Shown here: positions 46,387 to 55,167 of the stretch, one piece after another | How positions within the stretch are numbered: the first letter of the stretch is position 1 | How the letters are laid out: every line of letters starts with the position of its first letter | From: a virus | Taxonomy: Duplodnaviria; Caudoviricetes | IMG/VR virus record: IMGVR_UViG_3300009149_010511 | Location: 1 to 61,751 of that record | Length of the DNA stretch: 61,751 nt | Reading direction: 5' to 3' (one strand) | Made by a program: the position numbers and the translations under genes | Notes under the pieces: model-generated | Databases searched by the model: none | The model's input: the letters and a program-made list of their open reading frames with translations, nothing else | What the model was told of the DNA's origin: nothing

Positions 46387-47016
46387 TCAAGCGTCATTAC
46401 TAATTGCGTCTTTGAGTAAAGTTGTAAGAACCTCTACGCCATTCCAATAACCAGGCTTCTTAGTTCCCATTTCCACATTGTCTACCATTAACCTTTGATA
46501 GTCTTCACAAAGTCTTGTAGCTTTCTCGATAGCTGCTGCTTTAGGCGATGGAGTAGCGGACATTGCTTCTTCTTTCAATTTAGCAATTTTTCTGTTCTTT
46601 AGCGCAATGTCTGTTTCCAAAGTCTTGATTGTTTCTTCAAGTGCTGTAACTTCAGCTTGTTTGGTTGTAGCATCTACAAAACCCGCTTCCGGTGTTTCTT
46701 TAGCATCTACAAAACCTGTAGCTGGTTTTTCAGAAAGTGTTTTTAGTTCAGCTGCTACTTTAAGCAAATCTACTTTGGCTTCGTTAAGCTGCTTGTCGAG
46801 CTCTTCGTTTCGTTTTTGAAGACTTGCAATTGTTCTGTTTTCTTTTCCCAGTTCTTTTGCTTCAGCACGTTCCTGACTTTTTATCTTATTTAGTTCACTC
46901 CTAAGATCGCAGTTTTCTTTCTCAAGGATTCCTGCTTTTGCTAGTACTTCAGGAGCCATCTTCTTTGCAACTTTCTTTGCCATTGCGTTTTTCCTATTCG
47001 TGCTTGGCCTACCCAT
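46387..47016 (-). CDS. Coiled-coil protein (start revised)
   Basis: AAGGAGG SD before ATG 47016; heptad pattern; GFVDA repeated. Confidence 0.72.
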   Translation of the reverse strand: MGRPSTNRKNAMAKKVAKKMAPEVLAKAGILEKENCDLRSELNKIKSQERAEAKELGKENRTIASLQKRNEELDKQLNEAKVDLLKVAAELKTLSEKPATGFVDAKETPEAGFVDATTKQAEVTALEETIKTLETDIALKNRKIAKLKEEAMSATPSPKAAAIEKATRLCEDYQRLMVDNVEMGTKKPGYWNGVEVLTTLLKDAISNDA

Positions 47017-47188
47017 TAAACCCTCCTTTAAGGTCAAAGTATATACACCTATTGTCAGCATTAGTTTTCTTTTCCATGTGGGCACAAATCTTAGTATCTT
47101 TGTCCCACCTTGCACAAGCACCGCAACAAGCTTTATTACTGATTTGTTTTTCCGATGCTTTGCTCATCCTATTACCGTATTTACTCAT
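47009..47188 (-). CDS. 59-aa Cys-rich protein (not in ORF track)
   Basis: GGAGG SD; CCGACARW...C...C. Confidence 0.6.
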   Translation of the reverse strand: MSKYGNRMSKASEKQISNKACCGACARWDKDTKICAHMEKKTNADNRCIYFDLKGGFNG

Positions 47189-47194
47189 GTGTTG

Positions 47195-47422
47195 TTAAGC
47201 CTCCGTATTCCTCCATATGACATGACGATTAAACATCTCTGTAACCAATTCAACTGCTGGTTCGTCTCTTTTAGCTTTAGGATCATTGTCAAGAGACATC
47301 ATTGTATTCTCAATCATCTCTTCCATAAAGTCCTGATCCTCAGCCTGCTTGATTCCTTCTTCAATCATGTCTGCCAGATTGATTCCTACTAGTGTGTCCT
47401 TTCCTGGTGTTCCGAATGGCAT
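47195..47422 (-). CDS. Small hypothetical protein
   Basis: AGGAGG SD. Confidence 0.68.
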   Translation of the reverse strand: MPFGTPGKDTLVGINLADMIEEGIKQAEDQDFMEEMIENTMMSLDNDPKAKRDEPAVELVTEMFNRHVIWRNTEA

Positions 47423-47441
47423 GTTACGTTCCTCCTAGGTT

Positions 47442-48104
47442 TTATGTTAAGGCAGTATACCTTTCATATATTAACAGAACTTTCTTTGCATATTTCTCAG
47501 CTTTTTTGCATAATCCAAAATATCTCATGAGTGCTCTTCTATATAGTTCGACATCGTTTACCAATCCATCTCCAGCAGCACTATACTGTTCTTCTTGCTT
47601 CTTATATTTATTAAAAATGTAAAGACCGCATTTTATATTATTACCGATATCATACAGATATTCTCTGCTAGAAATAGATAATTCTTTTTGCCACACAGGA
47701 AAGTTAATTTGCATTAAACCATGACAGTCAGCATGTGATTCTAAATACTGATTAAAACCAGACTCCTGTTCTATAATAGCATATATTAATGCAGGAGGTA
47801 GCCCATATTCTTTAGCATAAGATAACACATACTTACTTATCTTAGCCATGTATTCTTCTGTTAAGTCAAACTTAGTCATTGCATAAGCTGCCCGTTTAGT
47901 TAGTTGTACTTCTTGCGTAGTAATTGTTATTTCTTCTGAATCTTCTAATCCTGGGTAAGTGTGTATAATTTCTTTTACTACTACTAATGTTTGAGGTTTA
48001 CTTTCTTGCGGTGAATTACCAAATAAAGTTCCAAACATAAACATACAGAATAATATAATAATTACCCCTATAGTATCTCGATGCTTACTAAACCAGTTTT
48101 CCAT
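47442..48104 (-). CDS. Membrane-anchored lytic transglycosylase (SLT domain)
   Basis: N-terminal TM; AIIEQESGFN, GLMQIN, NIKCGLYIF motifs. Confidence 0.9.
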   Translation of the reverse strand: MENWFSKHRDTIGVIIILFCMFMFGTLFGNSPQESKPQTLVVVKEIIHTYPGLEDSEEITITTQEVQLTKRAAYAMTKFDLTEEYMAKISKYVLSYAKEYGLPPALIYAIIEQESGFNQYLESHADCHGLMQINFPVWQKELSISSREYLYDIGNNIKCGLYIFNKYKKQEEQYSAAGDGLVNDVELYRRALMRYFGLCKKAEKYAKKVLLIYERYTALT

Positions 48105-48116
48105 TCTAATTCTCCT

Positions 48117-48605
48117 TTAGTCAAATCTTAAGCGTCTGGTGGTGATTTTTTTCATGGGAGGTTTAAGAGGGTCTACAAAGTGTACCTTGTTGAAGCCCTT
48201 AACACTTGCTGTATAAGTAGCACGATCTGTTACTAACCTTTTATTTCTTCTAACATCTTCTATAAAGTAAGGATCAACTATTTCTCCATTTAGAAATAAA
48301 AATGTTATAAAATTAGCTGCTGTGATAGTTAAAGTGTTTCTTCCATTATCTGAGAATAGAGCTTCTACGTTTAAAGTAGATAGAAAAGGTTCTATATCCG
48401 TACAAGGACATGCAAAGAACTCATCTCTGTTTTCCAGAATATATTTTTGAAGCTGACAATTAAATGTTTGTGCTGCCTTAAATTGAAGCTCTAATGTCAT
48501 TAATTCATATAGATATATCTCTAGCGCTGCATAGCAGCTATCTAAGCATTTTTTTACAGCATCCATCTTGTATGTGTATACTTTAGGAAAACCACTATTA
48601 GCCAT
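48117..48605 (-). CDS. Hypothetical protein ending in RRLRFD (start revised)
   Basis: AGGAG SD; overlap with the upstream stop. Confidence 0.65.
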   Translation of the reverse strand: MANSGFPKVYTYKMDAVKKCLDSCYAALEIYLYELMTLELQFKAAQTFNCQLQKYILENRDEFFACPCTDIEPFLSTLNVEALFSDNGRNTLTITAANFITFLFLNGEIVDPYFIEDVRRNKRLVTDRATYTASVKGFNKVHFVDPLKPPMKKITTRRLRFD

Positions 48606-49098
48606 CATTGCTCCTATTAGTATAAATAATTTCGTACATTTTATCAAAACATTCTCTGTAAGGATTGCTCATCTGCTGCATCTTCAAAAAGTGTAATATT
48701 CCTGTATCCTTAACTTGCTGCATTGCATGTTCATACACATAGCCACATCTTGAACTTATGGTCAGAATAGAGGGTCCTGTTACAAAAGTTGTATGCAAAA
48801 ACTTTGCTAAAGTGTCATGTGGTATTGTTTCCATAACATTAATAATTTCTTTGTACCATTGCGCTGCACCACACACTGTTACTGAAAAATTATCATCTAG
48901 TAGCCATCTAAAGTCAGTGCCACCTTGTGTACGATAGTAAGTTTGTCGAATAGAGTAATCCTCATCTTCAGCAGCATCAGGGTCTGTCCAAAGTTTATCA
49001 GAATAATAATATCTTCTGATTAAAGATGAGGAGGCTTGTTTAGCCTCCTCATCCCAATTCCTAGATCTATGATAAGCCAGGAGTTCTTCTATCGACAT
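48598..49098 (-). CDS. Helical-repeat protein (paralog of 49098)
   Basis: WTDPDAAEDEDYSIRQTYY units. Confidence 0.7.
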   Translation of the reverse strand: MSIEELLAYHRSRNWDEEAKQASSSLIRRYYYSDKLWTDPDAAEDEDYSIRQTYYRTQGGTDFRWLLDDNFSVTVCGAAQWYKEIINVMETIPHDTLAKFLHTTFVTGPSILTISSRCGYVYEHAMQQVKDTGILHFLKMQQMSNPYRECFDKMYEIIYTNRSNDG

Positions 49099-49964
49099 TA
49101 TTTGCTAACAGAGGCTTCTTTACCTACAGGCTTTCCAGCCATAATCTCAGTAATCATTTCTCTTAAGTTATCCTTCAAACCTTTTCTGAGAAGGAGTTGA
49201 GAAAGAATAGCACCATCTGTCTTCTCGAAAATCTGTTTGAGTTTTTCTGGTGGCAGGAATGTCTCAGGAGAATCATCTGTCATCATGAATGTATAAAGAC
49301 ATTCGTAAAAATCTTCGGTTGGTTCAAATTCGTTTGAGAATAAGAGGGCAAATCTTTTTACGTATGCTTCTTCATCTGTACACCATCCTTGATCTTCATA
49401 CTTACCTGTCATGAAATAATGATTCCTTACGACAGGATCTTTATCAGTTTTACCATCTTTGTCTTCTGGATGCATTTTATAGTAGTATGCTCTGATTCCC
49501 CAGTCTTCGTCAACCTTAGCATCTACATCGTCGATGTTATGCAGATAGTAGATTTCTCTAATGTCTGAATTTTCATCTGTCTTCGCAGCAGCATCTTTCC
49601 ACTGATTGAACTCATAATACTTAAGACGAATAGTTGCTTCTTTATCAGTCTTAGCCCGCTCGTCTTTCCACTGATTAACACTGTAGTATAAAGTTCTGAT
49701 ATGACTGTCATCATCATTAGCAGCGTCTGGGTCATTCCATTTTACTTTTTCATAATACCACTGCCTGATTTCTTGCTTTTCATCATCTTTAGCACCTGCG
49801 TAATGTTCTGGATCGGCACTGTAGTAACCCATTCTGATCAACCAGTACTCATCTTTCTTTGCTTTGCTGTCTGTGAAATTGCTTGCGGAGTGCCAGCAAT
49901 AACGAAGTGCGCTGTTCTCTGATTTCCCCCATTCTTTCTTCGGTTCAATCTTAATTGTACTCAT
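49098..49964 (-). CDS. HEAT-like ~21-aa tandem-repeat protein
   Basis: About 8 units of W.D..AK.D.D..IR..YY. Confidence 0.75.
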   Translation of the reverse strand: MSTIKIEPKKEWGKSENSALRYCWHSASNFTDSKAKKDEYWLIRMGYYSADPEHYAGAKDDEKQEIRQWYYEKVKWNDPDAANDDDSHIRTLYYSVNQWKDERAKTDKEATIRLKYYEFNQWKDAAAKTDENSDIREIYYLHNIDDVDAKVDEDWGIRAYYYKMHPEDKDGKTDKDPVVRNHYFMTGKYEDQGWCTDEEAYVKRFALLFSNEFEPTEDFYECLYTFMMTDDSPETFLPPEKLKQIFEKTDGAILSQLLLRKGLKDNLREMITEIMAGKPVGKEASVSK

Positions 49965-49998
49965 TTACGTAACCCTCCTAAAGAGTATATTTAAAGTG

Positions 49999-50142
49999 TT
50001 AGTCACTTTCTTTTTCAACTTTGTCTCCGCAATTTTCTAAATCTTCACAACAATAATCATCCGATTCTGCAAGCTCCTCAAGTTCAACTGCAATTGCTAG
50101 CCCTGTAACTATCCCTGCTAAGAAAAACAATACCGATTTCAT
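49999..50142 (-). CDS. 47-aa protein with hydrophobic N-terminus (not in ORF track)
   Basis: GGAGG SD; MKSVLFFLAGIVTGLAIA followed by an acidic tail. Confidence 0.6.
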   Translation of the reverse strand: MKSVLFFLAGIVTGLAIAVELEELAESDDYCCEDLENCGDKVEKESD

Positions 50143-50232
50143 CTGATCCTCCGTTATTCATTGTATGCTTCCATACGTTTTAATACTCTGCTTTTCCTTC
50201 TTATGTGTTGTAATACTCTACTTTTTTATTTT

Positions 50233-50601
50233 TCACCAGAGAAATATTACATTTTTATAATTTTTTAATGCTTTCTTAATTCCCGGCTCAATTACTTCTT
50301 CGAATATTCCATGTTTGTTTGCTAACCCTGAACCAATCTTTGAAATCAAAAAAGTCTTGCTAGGGTTCTCTTGTATCTTCGCTTTGAGTTTCATTAGCTC
50401 TTGTTGATATATCTTCTTGTATTCCTTTGGAGTGAAGTAAGCTTCGTCTTTAAAGTTGGGCGCTCTTTTAGTAATAAAGCCATACGTGTTTAGTTCATCA
50501 CGTAATTCGGCCGCTCCGCCTTTTCCTGTTCTTTCTATATTATCACCAAAAACGAATATGTGGTCTCTATGGGTTCGTAAAAAGGAGACTGTTACATTCA
50601 T
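50233..50601 (-). CDS. Macro-domain-like phage protein (A1S_2505-like)
   Basis: HIFVFGDN....GKGGAA...YGFITK...FLISKIGSGLA. Confidence 0.65.
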   Translation of the reverse strand: MNVTVSFLRTHRDHIFVFGDNIERTGKGGAAELRDELNTYGFITKRAPNFKDEAYFTPKEYKKIYQQELMKLKAKIQENPSKTFLISKIGSGLANKHGIFEEVIEPGIKKALKNYKNVIFLW

Positions 50602-51131
50602 TTGCCTTGCTCCTCTTTTTCAATCTCATCCATCATTGTTAATGTGTCCACTATTCGCTTCAGTTCTGCTTCCTTCTCTTCCTTAGTAGAACCTTCAGGC
50701 ATTTTTTCGGAGACTAAGTCTGCTAGCTTAGTAGCGTAATATGTAGGTTTAGCAGCAATGTGGTTTTCCGCAAGAAGAATTATATTTAAAAAGTGTATAT
50801 TGCCACACTTCTTACAAGTAACAGGAAGCACTTCAAGATGTCCAAGATCTATGGAAACGCCTGCGTCTTTACACTTACTAGTAATTCCTCTGAGGAAGTC
50901 ACCAAAGCCCTCGCCTAAAGCAAGATCTTTAAACAGGTTATGCTTAGTTTCAGGACTATGTAGTTCAAAGACCCCTTTTGGCACTTTCCAGTCCATTGCG
51001 CCGCATAACAAACATCTTATATCTTTCATAGTAGTTCCAACAGTGTCAATTACTTCTTTTTTAAGTTCGTTATTTACACTTTGTATAGCTTCTACTGCTG
51101 GCTCTATTTTATCATCAAATAAACTATTCAC
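50598..51131 (-). CDS. Zn-ribbon protein
   Basis: CLLCG...W and VTCKKCGNIHF. Confidence 0.68.
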   Translation of the reverse strand: MNSLFDDKIEPAVEAIQSVNNELKKEVIDTVGTTMKDIRCLLCGAMDWKVPKGVFELHSPETKHNLFKDLALGEGFGDFLRGITSKCKDAGVSIDLGHLEVLPVTCKKCGNIHFLNIILLAENHIAAKPTYYATKLADLVSEKMPEGSTKEEKEAELKRIVDTLTMMDEIEKEEQGK

Positions 51132-51140
51132 GTAATCCTC

Positions 51141-51437
51141 CTAAGTAATCTGTGCTACTAGCATAATAATCCCGCACCAGAATATTGCTACCGCTATAGA
51201 CACGCCTAATACATCAGCAACGAAATCCCAAACATCTGCTATGTGATTAGGATCCTTGTAGTCTTTAACTTCTTTTAAGAAACCTCCAACCATTACTAAT
51301 ACTGCTCCAGGCCACCATTCTCCTGTTAGTTTAACACCTAAAGGAATTGCGATTAGTGCAAGCAAGCAACAACCTAAGCAGTGCCATACTTTATCCCAGC
51401 CCATTTTAAATTTCCAATTCAATCCTGTGTGTGGCAT
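51141..51437 (-). CDS. VanZ/YfiM-like membrane protein
   Basis: DKVWH...KEVKD...DFVADVLG within TM segments. Confidence 0.65.
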   Translation of the reverse strand: MPHTGLNWKFKMGWDKVWHCLGCCLLALIAIPLGVKLTGEWWPGAVLVMVGGFLKEVKDYKDPNHIADVWDFVADVLGVSIAVAIFWCGIIMLVAQIT

Positions 51438-51542
51438 TAAGTTATCTCCTTTTACTTCTATTGTTATTTAACACTGGAACTGTGTGAAATTCCAGTTGAC
51501 TAATTTTAGAAAGTATACCATGTACTTGCCAAGCATGCATAC

Positions 51543-51944
51543 CTAATTTACAGAATATAGACTTTGCCATGGTTCACTACGCCTTCTACCAAATAGTATT
51601 TCTTGCCCTCTTCCTTTCTTCATAAGTTCTGTAAGAGAATTGAGCTTATTAATTTCTTGTTGTATCTTACAAGCTTGATCTCTATAACATCCTACCCGAT
51701 TAATAAAATAATTAGTTGCATCCTTTTGTTGTTTTCCGCACACGCTACATTGTTGATCAACCAGTAAAGTTTGTTCTCTTTCTCGGAGATAATAAGGCAG
51801 CAGTAAGCAATGCAAAGAGACTTTGTACCTTCGGTAAAAAAAGTCGTATACTTCCCTATTTATACTATCGTGAGTCCTCGTTCGACTTACTTCCCAATCA
51901 TGGAATCCTAGTTTACAGCAGAGGCGAGAGAACATTTTTTTCAT
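51543..51944 (-). CDS. Zn-binding protein (LC.xG.H.W...CxxCG) carrying an ILFGRRR tag
   Basis: LCCKLGFHDW...CSVCGK. Confidence 0.65.
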   Translation of the reverse strand: MKKMFSRLCCKLGFHDWEVSRTRTHDSINREVYDFFYRRYKVSLHCLLLPYYLREREQTLLVDQQCSVCGKQQKDATNYFINRVGCYRDQACKIQQEINKLNSLTELMKKGRGQEILFGRRRSEPWQSLYSVN

Positions 51945-52360
51945 TGAATGCTCATTCTCTCTTTACTTTTATTTTGTAATGAAGGGATGATATATTTTCT
52001 TGCTTTATCTAAAGCGTCTTCATGTAATTTTCCTAAAACTGTAGGAGTCGCTATACGATTTATAACAGAGCCTGAGTCATTATAAACAGCATAAAAGACC
52101 ATATCACTCGCTAGGTCAACTCTATTATCTTCTTTTCCACACCTAGCACATTTGATATTCTTAATTGTTCTATGGTCAGCTAAAGGTGCTCGATTATGCT
52201 CTATGTTATGTATAAGCCTGGAGTAATCCGCGAATGAAAGTTTTTGTTTTTCGACGTCTGTTAAACGATCGTAAATACCACAAAAACTTTTACAGCTTAC
52301 TATTGTCCATTTGTGTATGTTAAGTGTGCGACATAAAATATAAGCAAGTAATTTACTCAT
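51941..52360 (-). CDS. Zn-binding protein, paralog of 51543
   Basis: LCRTLNIHKW...CARCGK. Confidence 0.65.
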   Translation of the reverse strand: MSKLLAYILCRTLNIHKWTIVSCKSFCGIYDRLTDVEKQKLSFADYSRLIHNIEHNRAPLADHRTIKNIKCARCGKEDNRVDLASDMVFYAVYNDSGSVINRIATPTVLGKLHEDALDKARKYIIPSLQNKSKERMSIQ

Positions 52361-52613
52361 TATCATCACATAGTATCATCCCTAGTGCATTATTATTTCT
52401 AGAATTAGGGTTGAACAGTTTATTGAGTAATTCATTATCTCTTCTTTCTTCCTGCATTTCCCATGAAGCTGCTTCCACGCTTTTAAGAAAATCTGTTGCC
52501 AGATACCACGATTTGTCTCCTGGCTGGAAATCAACTATTCCCGCATGTTCAAGAAGACTTTGAATACGAGAAAAATATGAACGTCTTTGAGGTTTCTTAG
52601 ATTTCTTACTAAT
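52353..52613 (-). CDS. 86-aa ORF with probable ATT start (not in ORF track)
   Basis: AAGGAG SD 7 nt upstream of ATT; fills the gap exactly and overlaps both neighbours. Confidence 0.5.
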   Translation of the reverse strand: MSKKSKKPQRRSYFSRIQSLLEHAGIVDFQPGDKSWYLATDFLKSVEAASWEMQEERRDNELLNKLFNPNSRNNNALGMILCDDNE

Positions 52614-53358
52614 GATTAAACTCCTTGAAAGTTGTATCGCTTGCGTAGGCTATTCTTAATCTTTCTACTGCCCCTTTGTAAATCTGTCTAATGCGTTCAT
52701 GAGACTTTCCAAATACATAAGCAATTGCACGAAAGGACATACGTTTAAATACGTGCATTTCTACAATTTTTCTCTCTCGGTCCGGAAGATTTCTTACTTT
52801 TTTTAAAGCAGCTACTTCCCCATAATATCTTTCATACATTATTTCAAAAGGCTGCCCACTAGAATCACGGAACTCTTCCTCTAAATCCATACCACATTCA
52901 ATTGGAGTAGGGTATATAATCCTTCCTAACGATTGTAAGTTATGTATAGTTTTTTTACGTAAAGCAAAATGTTTTGCCAATTCGTCTAGTGTAGGGTAAC
53001 TATCCTTATCCGTATAGTATGCTTGAATAAATGATTTAAGCTTAGTACATCTAATCAAAGTTTCTCTTGCAACACCTAATGTCCTAGATACCTCAATCAC
53101 AGTATAAGTGTGCATCCTAAGCATAGCATATGTGCTAAACTGCGCTCTTTTAGGATCATATGTTTCTACAGCGTGGATTAATCCAAGATTTGCATAACCA
53201 AGTACATCCTCGAAATCCATATGGTTGCTGAAGTTGCTATGTAGTTTACTAGCAAGACGTTTTGCTAGAGGTAGATTCCTCGTTGCTAATTCATTTCTAA
53301 GTTTTATATCTCTTGTTTTAAAGTAACGCTCCCACAAATCTTTTTCTTCCGGCCTCAC
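52609..53358 (-). CDS. Sigma-70 family RNA polymerase sigma factor (FliA/SigF-like)
   Basis: LRNELATRNLPL, DVLGYANLGLIHAVETYDP..AQFSTYA, LPDRERKIV...SFRAIA..FGKSHERIRQI. Confidence 0.9.
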   Translation of the reverse strand: MRPEEKDLWERYFKTRDIKLRNELATRNLPLAKRLASKLHSNFSNHMDFEDVLGYANLGLIHAVETYDPKRAQFSTYAMLRMHTYTVIEVSRTLGVARETLIRCTKLKSFIQAYYTDKDSYPTLDELAKHFALRKKTIHNLQSLGRIIYPTPIECGMDLEEEFRDSSGQPFEIMYERYYGEVAALKKVRNLPDRERKIVEMHVFKRMSFRAIAYVFGKSHERIRQIYKGAVERLRIAYASDTTFKEFNH

Positions 53359-53417
53359 GTTAATTTTCCCCCATGTTATCGTTTACTAAATGTGCTCCAA
53401 CTATTAATATAACAAAG

Positions 53418-53768
53418 TTATGAGCGTCTTTTCATTATCTCTGCTCGATCAATTGTTTCCTTTATTCTTTCCCATTTTGTAGCTAACGGTTGCGGATCAT
53501 TCAGCCAATCGATACTTTTGTCATCGATGTAAAACTAAGCGCTAATTTTCCCAGGAGCTATCTTATCAAAGACAAGTCCCCTTTTGGCACACCAATCAAC
53601 AGCTTCCTGTAAGAGATTTTTATCGTGAGACCGACAAGTCCAAAGGATAAGCGTGTGCCCCTTACTCTGCAGTTTTTTTAATGTATCTACAGCACCAGGC
53701 ATCTCTGCTCCTATCATAGGATAAGCGTCTTTTACAAGTGTGCCATCAAAGTCAATTGCTAATTGCAT
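53418..53768 (-). pseudogene. HAD-superfamily phosphatase interrupted by an in-frame TAG at 53535-53537 (pseudogene or readthrough)
   Basis: AIDFDGTL and ILWTCR before the TAG; the frame continues KISA*FYIDDK...WERIKE to TAA at 53418. Confidence 0.75.
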
Positions 53769-54220
53769 TTTATTTCCTCCATATTAATGAAAGGTACAGC
53801 ACCTTTCCGCGTAAAGAATACTAATAGTATCTTAACTCCGTCTACAATACCAGTTTCCTCATTGTAGTCATTGACACTAAGCGTTACACGTGCTTCGAGT
53901 TCGCCATCTTGATAACATTTTTTTATTTCATCGTATAATGTAGGACGCTTTGTGAAGATGCTGCATTTAGGATTAAGTTCAAGTAACGCTTGTAATGTAC
54001 CATCTTGTAAGAGTACTACAGAATCTGCTATGCCTATCATTAACTCATTCATAGCGTCTATTGTTACCGTAGGCGGTGTGTCTATACATAGTGGTAAAGG
54101 CTGAGTCCTTTCATTGAAATGTTTCACTGTATTAATTAAAACATCTTTAGTGTAAAGTCTACCATTGCTCGTACGAACATCTGCTTTGATAGGTAGATCC
54201 GCGAATATTCTCATAAACAC
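53759..54220 (-). CDS. Degenerate T4 gp21-like prohead protease homolog
   Basis: AD..TSNGRLYTKDVL matches the gp21 N-terminal motif, but GELxHP is replaced by LCIDTPP. Confidence 0.45.
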   Translation of the reverse strand: MFMRIFADLPIKADVRTSNGRLYTKDVLINTVKHFNERTQPLPLCIDTPPTVTIDAMNELMIGIADSVVLLQDGTLQALLELNPKCSIFTKRPTLYDEIKKCYQDGELEARVTLSVNDYNEETGIVDGVKILLVFFTRKGAVPFINMEEIKCN

Positions 54221-54225
54221 CTTCT

Positions 54226-55167
54226 TTATGATTTTGGTTGCAGTTTCTTAAGCAGCGGAAACCAATCAACTAAGTTAACGGATTTTATTTCTTCACAGAA
54301 GTCAATCCAATTAGTATTCTTAGCTTTGGCAGCTTCTCGTTCTGCCTCTACTAAAAGTTTATCAAAGAATGGCGTATCCTCTAAGACTACGTCAAACCCT
54401 ACTAGTCTGTGGTTCCTTTCATACACTGCATAATGTTCTTCATCTTCTAGTAAATCCCCGCGACGAAGATTTTTAACATCCCCTCCCAGTACCATGGCCT
54501 TTGCTATCGGTAATCCATAAACGTTACCAATTCCATTAATACCTTTAATGTTATCAGAAGTATCTCCTACTAAAGCTTTAAGTGCTCTCATAATCTGTAA
54601 GGGGCTTTCAGCTCCAAACTGATTAACAATATCATCCCATTTGACTGTTTCTTCTTTAATAGGTTTATGATGCAAGCATGTTGTATTCTCTCTTAACATT
54701 AAAGTCCAATCCCCGTCTTCTGTTAGCAATACAAAGTCATTATGCTTTCTTGTGATATGAAAAGCAATATCGTCCGCTTCTACATCTTCGCACTTCAAAG
54801 AAACTAAACCTAATCCAGGAAAGACTGTATGAAGATAATCTCTCGTTTCTCCATAAACTTGTAAGGAGTGTGCCTCGTGTGGCTCCGGCTCTTTTTGTTT
54901 GTATTCTGGATAGATAGCAACACGTTTAGGATTCAGACCTCCATCCCAACATACATATGTTTTTGTAAATATGAGATTGTTTTCTCTTGCAAGGTCATCT
55001 AAGCTTGACAGTAATGTTCTTGTAAAGAAATAACTAAACGTATTTCTATCCTGATTAAACGATTTAAATCTAGTGCGGTGAAGCATGTGGCTACCATCTA
55101 CGATAGCCACTGCTTTAACACGCTGCGGAAGTTGATTTGCATTGTTCATTAAGTCTGCAAATTTCAT
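54226..55167 (-). CDS. 5'-3' exonuclease / T4 RNase H-like flap endonuclease
   Basis: IVDGSH, VCWDGG, YPEYK, VEADDIA, TEDGDW, ALVGDTSDNIKGINGIG. Confidence 0.92.
   Translation of the reverse strand: MKFADLMNNANQLPQRVKAVAIVDGSHMLHRTRFKSFNQDRNTFSYFFTRTLLSSLDDLARENNLIFTKTYVCWDGGLNPKRVAIYPEYKQKEPEPHEAHSLQVYGETRDYLHTVFPGLGLVSLKCEDVEADDIAFHITRKHNDFVLLTEDGDWTLMLRENTTCLHHKPIKEETVKWDDIVNQFGAESPLQIMRALKALVGDTSDNIKGINGIGNVYGLPIAKAMVLGGDVKNLRRGDLLEDEEHYAVYERNHRLVGFDVVLEDTPFFDKLLVEAEREAAKAKNTNWIDFCEEIKSVNLVDWFPLLKKLQPKS

Noticed and set aside
46650-46730. Repeated GFVDA peptide, also AGFVDV in 55972
   Set aside because: Too short and in low-complexity linkers to separate from chance or local duplication
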